Shown in pieces: positions 51,968 to 64,000 of a stretch of DNA of 64,000 bases. The translations under genes were made by a program, and so were the position numbers. The DNA comes from Octopus sinensis (taxonomy: Eukaryota). Position 1 is the first letter of the stretch. Every line of letters begins with the position of its first letter. The notes beneath the pieces are model-generated. The model worked only from the letters and a program-made list of their open reading frames with translations, was not told the origin of the DNA and did no database searches. The stretch spans positions 69,564,001-69,628,000 of the forward strand of contig NC_042998.1 of the NCBI RefSeq assembly GCF_006345805.1, written 5' to 3'.

Positions 51968-52880
51968 AGCATGGCTGTGTGGTTAAGAAGATTACTTTAC
52001 AATCCTGTGGTTTCAGGTTCAGTCCCATTGCATGGCACCTTGGGCAAGTGTCTTCCAATGTAGCCCCTAGGTCAATCAGTACCTTGTGAGTGACTTTGGA
52101 AGATAGAAACTGTGTGGAAGCCCACCACATATATATATTTGCATGTGTGTGTGTCTTTATGTCTGTGTTTGACTCCCACCACCACCACCCCACCACCACT
52201 TAACAACTGCTGTTGCTTTCCTTCCATCCCAGTAACTTGGTGGTTCAGCAAAAGAGATAAATAGAATAAGTAGCAGAATTAACAAAAAATGGTACTGGGG
52301 ATGATTAGTTCAGCTAAAACTCTCCAAAGTGGTGCCCCAGCATGGCTGCTGTCCAATGACTGGAACAAGTGAAACATAGGCACCACTGCTATTGTATCTT
52401 TCTATTGAGCAAATGTAGTTGTTGTGATTGCTATGAGTAAGTTTTTGCATCATTTCCTTTTCTTTGCTGTGGACATTGTGAAGGAATCGCATGTGTGGTA
52501 AGTAGCTTGCTTACCAGCCACATGGTTCCAGGTTCAGTCCTACTGCGTGGCATCTTGGGCAAGTGTCTTCTTATATAGCCTCTGGCTGACCAAAGCCTTG
52601 TGAGTGGATTTGGTAAATGGAAACTGAAAGAAGCCCATTATATATATATATATGTATGTGTGTGTATATGTTTATGTGTCTGTGTATGTCCTCCCCCCGC
52701 AATATTGCTGGTGTGTTTACATCCCTGTAATTTAGTAGATTGGCAAAAGAGACTGATAGAATACGTACTAGGCTTTCAAAGAATAAGTCCTGGGGTTGAT
52801 TTGCTCGACTAAAGGCGGTGCTCCAGTATGGCCACAGTCAAATGACAGAAACAAGTAAAAGAGTAACACCTATTTTTATT
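51968..52880 (+). mobile_element. Two tandem SINE family C copies (about 51968 and 52489)
   Basis: Head ggctgtgtggttaagaag...ggttcagtccc, internal microsatellite, tail ggtgctccagcatggc...caagt. Confidence 0.8.
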
Positions 52881-54711
52881 TTCTCTGCATATAGTACATT
52901 CAAGTGTTTAAGTGTAATGGTTGGTTGTATTTGATATCCTCCGGTATTGTTTGGTAAGAGGAATGACTTGATTTGGTAGGTACTGCTTTAAGTCTGTTGT
53001 TTTAGAAGCAGGTTTATCAGTGATCGGTATAGGGTTGGAGTAGTTGTATGTATAAGTAGAGCAGATGCGAAAGTGATATCATCTGTGTACTAGGTTTTAT
53101 GTTTTTTGTGAGGTGGGTGCTGGTTCTACGTAAAGAGCTGTCAGTACACTCTCTAAAGTGGTTGGTGTTAGAAAGGACATCCAGCTGTAGAAATCATGCC
53201 AAAACAGACTGTGGAATCTGGCATGGCCCATGGTCATGCCAGTTTCTGTCAAGCCATCCAACTCATGCCAACATGGAAAAACTGACATTAAATGTTGATG
53301 ATGATGATGATGATGATGAAGTGTGGAAAGTCATGTAGATATTGGTTGAAAACTGTTGGTGAGAAGATGGAGACCTATGATACACCATTGAAGAATTTGC
53401 AAGTTCTAGCAGCGTGATCCTTGTACCCTACAATGACTTAATGTCTGGAATACGGGATGTTTTTGCGTAGCTGTTTTGGTTCTGACCATTTTGTATAGCT
53501 GATGCAATGCTGACCTATTTGACATCAGATGCTTAGTCTCCAGGTTGCTTTGGCACCATGAAAATTTTGTTTTTATTTTAGATAACAACTAACTTGTCCA
53601 ACTACTAAATAACTTAACAACTAATCTTTGTTTAGTTTTCTCCTTCATTTTATATATATGACAGCTAGTGAAAGTGTTTCTGTTGATCAGTTTCAATTAA
53701 TAAATAGTAACGTTTCTCTCTGGCTCTTCATCTGTCTACCTGTATGTGTATATTTCTTCACATATGTGCATGTGTGTGTATCTGCCTATAGTGCCAAAAA
53801 GTACTGTCCCCAAAACAATTCCACCGTCCAGGTGGCCGTTCCATACTACTAGTGCCCAAATAGACATACCCAATCATTTCATTCTATTAATGTCTGATAC
53901 ATAGCTTCGTAGCAATCATTTATGTTCATCATCATCATCATCATCCAGTGTTTTAAATCCAGGTTTTGTCCCTGTTAATAGGGGTGGCCGGATCTACCTC
54001 AATGCCACAGCAACCAAAGTAGGCAGGTGCAGCCCACCCTAACCTTTGGGCTGGCTGGTGCCCATTCTCCTTTGCTATCATGAGGCTTTTTTTTTGGAGC
54101 TAGATTTTCTATGGGGAGTATGCCCTTGCTTATCCCCCACCTCAGTTTCTAGACATGTGTGTTTCTGAGACCAAGGCCTCTACCATGATTTTTAAATGTG
54201 TTGGAAAACTAACTCAGGAAGGCAGGGATGCTACTCCCTGAGACCCCTTTCGGAGTCCCTCTACCTACTATGTTGTGCTGAATATTTTGCATGAGTGAAT
54301 AATGGGGAATAGACTCAAAACACTTTGCTGATGTCAATGGTTGTCATGGTATTTCGTTGTGGAAGCCATCTCTCTGTTAGGTTTGTGCATAGCATGGGAA
54401 TTGATCATAGTGTTCCAATCTGTGTGATGGTTTGTCGAGGGACCCTATGTGGGTTAGTGATACCAAAGTGGGTGTGCATAGGTGAGTGATGGGTCTATGC
54501 TTCACTTTGGTTTTGGTCTGTCTCTGGAATTTTTATGATTTTGCCCAGTTTCAGTATTCTTGAAATTTGACAGTGCAGGTAGAGATAGTGGTGGTAAGAG
54601 CAGTGATTGCTCCAGAACCAAGTTTTTTGGGTGTATGATGGAGATAACCCATATTTATATATAACTCTGCATGTGTGTGTGTACACCATCAGTCAATATA
54701 TATGCATGTCA

Positions 54712-54925
54712 AGGTAGCAAGCTGGCAGAATCTTTAGCACGCCAGGCAAGATGCTTAGCAGCAGTTCATCCATCTCTGTGTTCTGAGTTCAAATTCCACC
54801 AAGGTTAACTTTGCCTTTCATCCCTTCAGGGTCGATAAAATAAATATCAGTTGAGCACTGGGGTTGATTTACTAGACTTAGCCCTTCCCCCCGAAACTAC
54901 TGGTCTTGTGCCAAAATTGGAAACC
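54712..54925 (+). mobile_element. SINE family A
   Basis: Family head and core. Confidence 0.85.
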
Positions 54926-55579
54926 AACGTATATATGTATGTCTATGTATGTATGCAACATACCGTATAGATGTATCTACATCTCTCCATCCATGCACTC
55001 AAAGAAAAGAACTAAATGACTCTAGGCTGTGTAAATTGGTGTAGACATAGGCTACTATCTGTTATGGATAAGGGATGGGTGTGATGGGTCCTCATTGAAA
55101 TATTGGGGAATTTCAATCAGGATCGACTCCCATCCCTTGCCTGACCAATGCAACGAGGAACAATTGCTGACCGTCTCCACCAACCAGAGACATTAAATTC
55201 TTTTCTTTTCTAACCTACTGACATATACAGTCACCCTGATAGCTGATGGAACAAAACCATGGCTCAGGAGGGTATGCTGTCCCTGTTTATCTCACATAAA
55301 CTAATATGTATTAGACTCTATGCACTTCCACCATAATGCATGTGTGTGTGTGTGTGTGTGTGTGTGGTAGAATCTTCAGCCAATGAAGCACAACATTGAA
55401 CATATGCAATCCACATCAAAACTGCTAAAACACAATGATGTGTCTGTTTCTGCCCGCATTACTCCCTCACCCTCACCTCATCCCCCCACCATCACCACTG
55501 CTGTTCTGGTCCAGTGGACCTTAAAAAAGGGGTTCAGCTTTGTAATCTGTTTTGACAGTATGCTTGTGTGTGTGTGTGT

Positions 55580-56340
55580 GTGTATGTGTGGTGGTGGTGG
55601 TGGTGGTGGTGGTGGGTGAACCTACTTCCCCTTCACTTTCTTCCATCCTTTGATCCTTCGTATGTAACCGTCTGTGTAATTTGATGGACAGGTATGTGGT
55701 GGTTGTGGTTATTGATGTGGCGGCTGTGGTTGATGTGGTAGTGGTGATTATGTGGTTGGTGGTGGGCATGGCTGTAGGGGGATGAAGACGAAGATGATGA
55801 CGATGGCGATGATGATGGTGGTAGTCATAGCTGTAAGGATTTATGATGGTGTTGGTGATGGTCATTAGCAATTGACAACAATAGTAGTGATGGTCATGGC
55901 TTTATAGGTTGATTAAGAGGATGATGATAGTGGTGATTATGATGATGGTGATGATGGTGATTACGGTGATGATGACGATGGAACAATTTGTTATTGGCCG
56001 ACTCAATCCTTTTTTTTGTTATGTGTGTGTTGGGTTTAAGATGTGTATACATGTATGAGTCTGTACTGTAGTATGTGTGTGTGTGTGTGTCTATATTATA
56101 GAGTGTGTTTGGTACCATTTATATGTGTGTGTGTGTGTTTGGTGCCATTTATGTGTGTGTGTATGTGTGTGTTTGGTACCTTGTATGTGTGTCTGTATAC
56201 TGTAGAGTGTGTTTGGTGTCATTGTATGTGTGTGTGTGTGTGTGTGTCTATATTACAATATGCATTTTGTACCAATACATGTCTGTGTGTGTATGTGTAT
56301 AGACTGTAGTGTGTGTTTGTACCTATATGTGTATATCTGT
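55580..56340. repeat. (GT)n/(GGT)n/(GAT)n low complexity plus a gtgtgtttggt minisatellite
   Basis: Read directly. Confidence 0.85.
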
Positions 56341-56618
56341 GTTCATGTGTGAGTATTTACATTGCAGTAAGCGTATGTGTGTATACATAGACATGTTGTA
56401 TGTATTACACATTTAACATGACCACACACTTGGATGTTGTATATTTTTTATACTTTTTCTAGCCATGCCGGAGCACCAATATATATTTAGGTGCAGGAGC
56501 ACCAATATATATATAGGTGCAGGAGTGGCTGTGTAGTAAGTAGCTTGCTTACCAACCACATGGTCCTGGGTTCAATTCTCAATATCTTGTGCCTCTGATC
56601 TTCATAAAATAGAAAACT

Positions 56619-57040
56619 AGGTGCAGGCATGGCTGTGTAGTAACAAACTTGCTTCCCTACCGCATGGTTCCGGGTTCAGTCCCACTGTGTGGCACTTTGG
56701 GCAAGTATCTTCTCCTTTCGCCTTGGTCTGACCAAAGCCTTGTGAGTGGATTTGGTTGATGGGAACTGAAAGAAGCTCATATCGTATACATACATCATCA
56801 TCATCGTTTAGCGTCCGCTTTCCATGCTGGCATGGGTTGGACGATGCAACTGGGGTCTGGGAGGCCAGAAGGCTGCACCAGGCCCAGTCTGATCTGGCAA
56901 TGTTTCTACGGCTGGATGCCCTTCCTAATGCCAACCACTCCATGAGTGTAGTGGGTGCGTTTTACGTGCCACCGGCACGGAGGCCAGGCGAGGCTGGCAA
57001 CGGCCACAATCGGATGGTGCTTTTTACGTGCCACCGGCAC
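56619..57040. mobile_element. SINE C (+, 56619-56785) abutting SINE B (-, 56793-57040)
   Basis: Diagnostic motifs of both families. Confidence 0.85.
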
Positions 57041-59183
57041 GTAAAAATTAAGAAATTAAGAAATTAATAAAATACAAACAAAAAACACATTTGTTTCTTC
57101 TTAGTATCATAGAAACCAGGGTTAAAGGAATATTGATGAGGGTCTAAAAATGTTCCTTACTGCCACAGGAGGTTCAATATCTATTAGCCATACTAGCAAC
57201 AACTTGAAGTGTTTCATTTCCCAGTAATAATGTTTTTAACACAAATATACTGCATACTGAATCTATTAATCTTCATACTTGGCTGGTTTTGTATAATGGT
57301 AATTAACAGTCAGTGTTTTAATTAATTTTCAAAGAACATTCCGTGTTCGAATCATACTTTGCAAATAAGAGAAAAACAGTGGATGGCTATAATTAACACT
57401 ATGATTACTCTGTCAAATTTAATATTTATTTATTCACATTGTTTTGAATTAATTATGCATTATCTCATAGCTCTTGAGATCTCCATTATGAGATTGTTTA
57501 TGTTCAGAATGACACTGTAGGGTAAATATATATATATATATATACATACATGTATATATATATATGTGTCATATATATATATGTGTGACAGCCGATGTTG
57601 GTGTGTTTATGTTCTTGTAACTTAGTGGTTTGGCAAAAGAGACCGATAGAATAAGTAGTAGGCTTACAAAGAATAAGCCCTGGGGTTGATTTGTTCGACT
57701 AGAGGCAGTGCTCCAGCATGGCACTGTCAAATGACTGAAACAAGTAAAAGAATAAGAATAAACTCCTTACTTTGGGTTTCTCTTCATGCTACTTGATTTT
57801 ACTATTTGCTGACTCTTTTCTTCCAGTGTTCCCAGGCCCATCTCTTAGTTTTTATGGCTGTATCTACATAACTATTCCACCACCATGTCATCCCCCTTTT
57901 TTCTTTTTTTTTTTTAATACTGAGACCTTGTACCAGCTACAGATCTTGTTTGTCTCTCTCAGTATGTTGTCCTGTGTGAACTTCCCCTGTGTTCTCTATG
58001 TTATGCTTTTCTATCTCTTCCCCTGTCATGTCATATGTATTAATTAATACATCTCTGGACTTTTTGTCAGTTTTGTAGCCATTTCAGTGTCTGTCTCTTC
58101 TGTCTCCTCTTCCTCCAGTATGTCTTTCATCTCTGATCCATTTATATGAAGTTAATTTGATTAACTGAAATCAACCCAATTGAAATTCGAGTTTTCCATA
58201 TATACAGTAACATCTGTTTCATCAGTCAACCATTTTACAAAACAAATGGTTGATTGATTGACAAAACCGGTGCTAATGCACATATGGACACTTCCTAGTT
58301 TTAATCAGTTTGGTTTGAGCTAACCAAATTAAATAACCTATTTCCTACATCTGGTATTGTAGTTTCTCTCCTGTTTATTGCCACTAAAAAAAGGAAAAGT
58401 GTTGGTGACATAAAATATAAATGTCAGAAGTAATTACAAATGAAACTAATAATTAAAAATGCTATTATTAAATGCATCTAAGATATAATTAGTAAGATAA
58501 AAGAAATATAATGCAAATCCATTATTGATTGGGATCATATATTGACCCTATGAATATATTTTGTAAACATTCTTCCTCTTATTTTAATTTGATTTTGTGA
58601 TGTTTGCAGTATAGCAAGGTGCTTGACCTGAGTTCAGATCTTAGCAGGAACCAAATCATCATATATGCTTCTAATGTCTTTGAGTAAAGCTTGGAAATTA
58701 CATAATCTTATTTTTAAAAAAAATTTTTTTTTTTTTTTTGTCTTTAATCTTTTACTTGTTTCACTCATTAGACTTTGGCCATGCTGCGGCACTGCCTTGA
58801 ATTTTTTTAGTCCAGTGAATGAATTGACCCCAGTGCTTTTTTTTTGTTAAGCCTCCTACTTATTCTATCACTCATTTTTGCTGAACTGCTAAATTACAGG
58901 GATTCAAACACACCAACACTAGTTGTCAAGCAGTGGGGGCTTCTTTTAGTTTCCATCTACCAAATTCACTCAAGGCTTTAGTTGGTCCAAGGTTATAGTA
59001 GAAGACACTTGCCCAAGGTGCCACGCAGTGGGACTGAACCTGGAACTATGTGGTTGATAAGCAAGCTTCTTACCACACAGTCATGCCTGTGCCTGTGCAT
59101 GAATAAAAAAATTTTCTTTGTTATTTTTGGTATTGAATCTGAAATGTTTTCATCAAGTAATTTTTTTTTGTCTTGTATTGTAG

Positions 59184-59365
59184 GTGTAGAGGAGATGGAC
59201 AGTGGAGAGGAGGAGGAAGAAGAGGAGGTGCCCATGGTTTGCATCGGAGACATGCGTGTTCCTCTACATGAAGTTACCGACAACATGGTGACCCAGATGA
59301 CAGCTGAAGAGAAAGAGAATTATATCCGACTTGGACAAGAGCTTTATCAACATCTTTATGAATGA
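59184..59365 (+). CDS. GTF2E1: TFIIE alpha, last coding exon (acidic C-terminal domain)
   Basis: Acceptor ttgtattgtAG; completes the phase-1 codon; EEEEEEEVPMVCIG...MVTQMTAEEKENYIRLGQELYQHLYE* resembles the vertebrate C-terminus [26 protein letters not shown]. Confidence 0.95.
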
Positions 59366-60109
59366 GAACCACAGCAATGGACGAGTGGGTGTTTGTTGGG
59401 CTCTAGGGGCTACGGGATGGTTATGTTGGTTGTGTTGATGGGGGTGGGTGGAGTGGGAGAGGGTAGGGTGTAACAGTGAGATGTGCAGACCGACTGGGTG
59501 AGATGTTTCAAAATTGGCCTCAAGGTTTAGCCTAGCTTAGCCTTAGTAAGTCTGTAGCCGAGTAGCAAGCAAATGGTCGTCGATGACATAGCATTAGACA
59601 AGATGTTCTACAGTATCCAGTTAATGGTCTCTGATTCTTGAGAGCAAATCCTGGCAGCATCACCTTCATGTTTTCATCCCTCTAGATTCACAAAATACAT
59701 ACCACAGTCATTGTTAAGGTGGATTTAATTCCCTGTACTTGTTCCCATTGTAAAATTGGCTCTTCACCTGTTCAGATGACCTACCATTACCAACAGCACT
59801 TCCACCACCATTATCAATATCATGATCACGATCCTTATCATTGTCATTATGCAGATGCTGTAGTGAGTGCTAAGTTCTCAGAGAGCCAAATTTGGTGTCA
59901 CAGTTTCAATTCTCAACCGAAACTACTTCACTTCATTTACATCGGTGATCATTATTATTACATTTCTGATTCTTTATGTTCTGAGGTCAACTTTGTCTTT
60001 CATCTTTCTTGGGTCTATAAAATAAAATACCAGTTAAGTACTGAGGTTCATGTAACCAATTAATGCCCTTCCCCTCAAAATTTGCTGGCTTTATGCTTAA
60101 ATTAGAAAC

Positions 60110-60155
<46 letters not shown>

Positions 60156-60350
60156 GGTGAAGTGGCAGGATTGTTAACATGCTGGACAGAATGCTTAGTG
60201 GCATTTCATCAGTCTTTGCGTTCTGAGTTGAAATTCAATTTTGGTGTTAATAAAATAAGTACCAGTTGAGCACTGGTGTCGATGTAATCGACTTATTCAC
60301 TCCCCCAAACTTCCTGGCCTTGTGCCAAAATTTTAAACCATTATTATTAT

Positions 60351-60861
60351 TGAGTGAGATAAGTGCATGCCATCAAAATGACTTAAATATACAAAGCCCA
60401 ATATGGCCATCATGACTATCCATCACATAAGGGTACACCAGGTACATGCATCACAATCAAATACATGCAACATGGTGATCTCATATCAAGATAAACAGAT
60501 CATGACCTTGCAGGTGGGGCCCAGTTAGAATTTCCCTCATGTCAAGTGGCCCATCCCACTCAAAAGCTCCCTGAATAAGGATTGTTTAAGGATGTTGAAT
60601 GAAACACCCATGTTTCCAGAGATGAATTATTCAAACTCTAAAAGAATTCCTCTCAACATGTGGCTATGATGCTCCCCCACTACTCCTGCTCATGATCTAA
60701 TATGCACATATCATCAGCCACTAAGGGACATGCTCAACTGGTGAAGGCCAAACAATTGACAAGTAAGTCTATATTAGACAAAACATATACATGATAACAC
60801 TTCCAATCAGTTAGGATCAGAAACCATGAGAGCCACTGCCTGGGACTGCATTAGGGCATTT
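60351..60861 (-). mobile_element. Unclassified repeat family E, copy 2, flanked by (ATT)n
   Basis: Homologous to 32935-33415, longer at the right end. Confidence 0.75.
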
Positions 60862-60897
60862 ATTATTATCATCATCATCATTATTATTGTTATTATT

Positions 60898-61095
60898 AAG
60901 GTGGCGAGCTGGCTGAATCGTTAGCATGCCAGGTGAAATGCTTAGCTGTATTTCATCGGCTGCTGCTTTCTGAGTTCAAATTCTGCCGAGGTCGACTTTA
61001 CCTTTCATCTTTTCAGGATTGGTAAATTAAGTCGATGTGATTGACTAGCCCACTCCCCCAAAATTTCAGGCCTTATGCCTATAGTAGAAAGGATT
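60898..61095 (+). mobile_element. SINE family A with (ATT)n tail
   Basis: Head, core and tail all present. Confidence 0.88.
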
Positions 61096-61844
61096 ATTAT
61101 TATTATTATTATTAATATTATTATTGGACAAAATACCTTAAGATATTTCTTCTGGCTGTTTACTTTGTGAGCACAAATCTTGTGTAAGGTCAGTTTTTGC
61201 CTTTCATCCTTTAGGGGTTAATAAGATAATGGTCCAGTCAAGTACTGAGTTGATTTAATCAGCTAGCTCCCTCCTCCATGTTCCAATATTAGAGACAGTC
61301 ATTATTATTATGAGTTTGGAAAGTGCTGGACAAAATAACAGTTGACAGCAGAATTGGAAGAGTGCTGGAAAAAAAAAATCTACCTTGTGGTATTTATGGC
61401 TCTCTACATTCCTGAGTTTGAATTTGGCTGAGATCACCTCTGCCTTTCATTCTTCTGGGGTCAATAAATTAAACTAATACCACTCAAAATATTGGGACTG
61501 ATTTAATCAACTGTATGCCTCTGACCCCAAATTGTTGGCCTTGTGCCTGAACTAGAAACAATTATTATTGTTATAGAAGAGCCCACCATCACTAGAACCC
61601 TCTTCATTTATCATATCAAGCGACAGACTCCTTTTTCCTCTGGTGATATGATAAAATGCACATCTCCCCACTCCTCTTTTCTTCATTGATCTTTTCATCA
61701 GAATCATTAAAAAAAAAGAAGAAACAACAAGAACAATAAACATCTGTATTCTTTTTATTGGTTGGTTTCATTGTTTTATTTCCATAGAATTTATTTTGCT
61801 GGTCATCATATCATCATCATCATCATCATCACCACCACCACCAT

Positions 61845-62035
61845 CACCATTATCATCATCATAACGTCCATTTTCCATGCTTGCATGGATTGGATGATTT
61901 GACAGCAATCTGGCCAGCGAGAGAGCTGCCCAGGCTCCAGTTGTCTGTTTTGGCATGGTTTCTACAGCTGGATGCCCTTCCTAATGCCAACCACTTTACA
62001 GAGTGTACTCAGTGCCTTTTTAGATGACACTGGTA
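61845..62035 (-). mobile_element. SINE-like family B
   Basis: (cat)n tail plus family body. Confidence 0.85.
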
Positions 62036-62746
62036 TGAATATTTTATATGTGGAACCAGCAGAGGTGCTTTGTGAATTACAGTTAATGCCTCGATACATA
62101 TCTGTGAATGTATACTTGTTTGTGCATAGCTCAATCAAGAATTCAAAATGAACACTCAAAGTGTATATATTATTATCAAATATCATGTACTAAACATTTC
62201 TCAGACATGGCTGTGTGGAAAGAAGTTTGCTTCCCAACTACATGGTTCCAGGTTCAGTCCCACTGTATGGTATCTTGGGCAACTGAAAGAAACCTGTTAT
62301 ATATATATATATATATTCGTCACTAATTGTGCCTGAGGGTACTGAGAGCACCTATATTGCAAGAAATGAGTTAAAACTTTTAAAGCACATTTGTATATAC
62401 TGACATGGAAGTAATGGGGTGACACTGCTGATGTGTCCCAAAGTAAAGAATGAAACTGGCCCAAAGTTTCTAGCTTTGCTCATGGGGTGGTTATCACCCA
62501 GTATATACAAATGTGCTCTTCACACAGTTTTAAGAGTTTTAACACTTCTTTATTGCAATGTAGGTGTTCTCATCCACAATAAATGAAGATTAAAATTTTC
62601 CTCTATGATTTTTATATTGTGTCTAGCTGCTATTATTAATTTACACGCACATACACACACACACACACACACATGTATTATATCATATACTTTTTATTAA
62701 AGCTGAAAATCTTTCTGAAACTGGAAGAAGTGTGTGTATGTATATA

Positions 62747-62807
<61 letters not shown>

Positions 62808-64000
62808 TGTGTGTGTGTGTATATATATAATTAAAATCGAAAAAATCTTTTTCGATTTTGATAAAACGCGTATTACTCTACTTTTCGTATTTGAGTACTA
62901 CTTTTCCATCTTGTGTTTCATTAATGTGCTTACTGGTTTGTGTGTGTGTTCTATGTTGGTTTCTCCTTGTCTCTTGATATTGCATGGTAGTTGTAAAATG
63001 ATTGTCACTGCTATACAAGCGCGAACATGTATGGTAATGGGGAAATATTACCTTGCGAGCATGGAAAAATGGACGTTAAAAGGATGATGATGTTGAATTT
63101 TCATTGATCATCTTCACTGTCATTCCATTCAAATACTACTTTAGCTCTTTAAATATCATTTGGTCAGTTAGTTAAAAAGTTAGCAAAGCCATACTCAGGA
63201 TTGATTTTAAAGGAGTAGTAACTGTAACAAAAGTTCTTCCTAAGTTCATAAAATTATAAAACAGAGGAAACAAGAGGCAAAGACCATCAATTCTGCCTTA
63301 CTTGCAGACATCAAGAGACAGAAGTGTAATATCATGTATATCGCAGTACATAGGCCTCAATACAAGCAGCAGAGAGAAGGAAACTTCACCCTCGCTAAAA
63401 AGACAAACAAAAGAACCTTATCAAGCATACCTCAATAATGTTATAACAAAATCTTGATAGAAAGATAAAACTTGGAAAGTTGTGTTTTTAATACAGCATA
63501 TATATAAAAAAAAGGTGTTAGTACTGTGCATGGTCGTAGGAACGTGATAATTTAGGAACACTTGGCCTTTAGTGTGCATCCATCGATCTCGGATGCAGGA
63601 AATGCATATCAAACAACCTTCTCACTACTAGAAACTTACCACTTCCTCAAAGTGTAGACATTGCTGATAGCGAATAAATAATGTAAGAGAATTATTTTGA
63701 GTATGTGACAATAATTAAGCTTTGATTAGCGTTAAATAATGTAGACAATGGGACTATCATATCTACATATGCACCGTTATCAGAACTGATGGATAAACAA
63801 AACAACCATTTCAGCGAACTTGTTATGGAATAGCTGCCATACTGTTGCTTAAGATGTTCATTTGTCAGAATCCATGCAAATACAGCACAACTAATTAGAA
63901 AGAGAAGAAACTTTGATGAGTTGCAGTTTTAGGTTGTACCAAAACGGTGTATCACCGATGTCCTTCCTTTTCCTAGTAAGGCAGCGACTGACTCAGAGAA

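Noticed and set aside
58982-59183. N-terminal part of ORF 58982-59365
   Set aside because: SINE C sequence plus the polypyrimidine tract; coding starts at 59184.
63929-64000. Minus-strand open frame FSESVAALLGKGRTSVIHRFGTT* at the window edge (possible last exon of a convergent gene)
   Set aside because: Only 23 codons, expected by chance; needs sequence beyond the window.

Overview
Repeat-dense animal genomic DNA; the SINE and microsatellite landscape suggests an octopod cephalopod (inference, not tested). One host gene is supported: GTF2E1 (TFIIE alpha) on the + strand. Its four phase-compatible coding exons (18039-18685, 22347-22551, 27678-27876, 59184-59365) total 1233 nt = 410 aa + stop, with a 31.3-kb last intron. 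A candidate promoter and non-coding first exon lie near 13.7 kb. Upstream are a young, 5'-truncated Tx1/L1-clade retrotransposon inside an (ATCT)n microsatellite, a solo LTR splitting a SINE, a long-TIR MITE and two degenerate Penelope-type hammerhead ribozyme motifs. The introns hold three SINE-like families, nested TTAA-flanked MITEs, a decayed LINE, a Helitron-like element, a SINE-derived satellite with a 1072-bp higher-order repeat and long low-complexity tracts. Most ORFs in the supplied track are repeat artefacts. I found no RNA genes or CRISPR arrays, and no clearly new biological system; the best leads are mobile-element observations. Many repeat boundaries are approximate.
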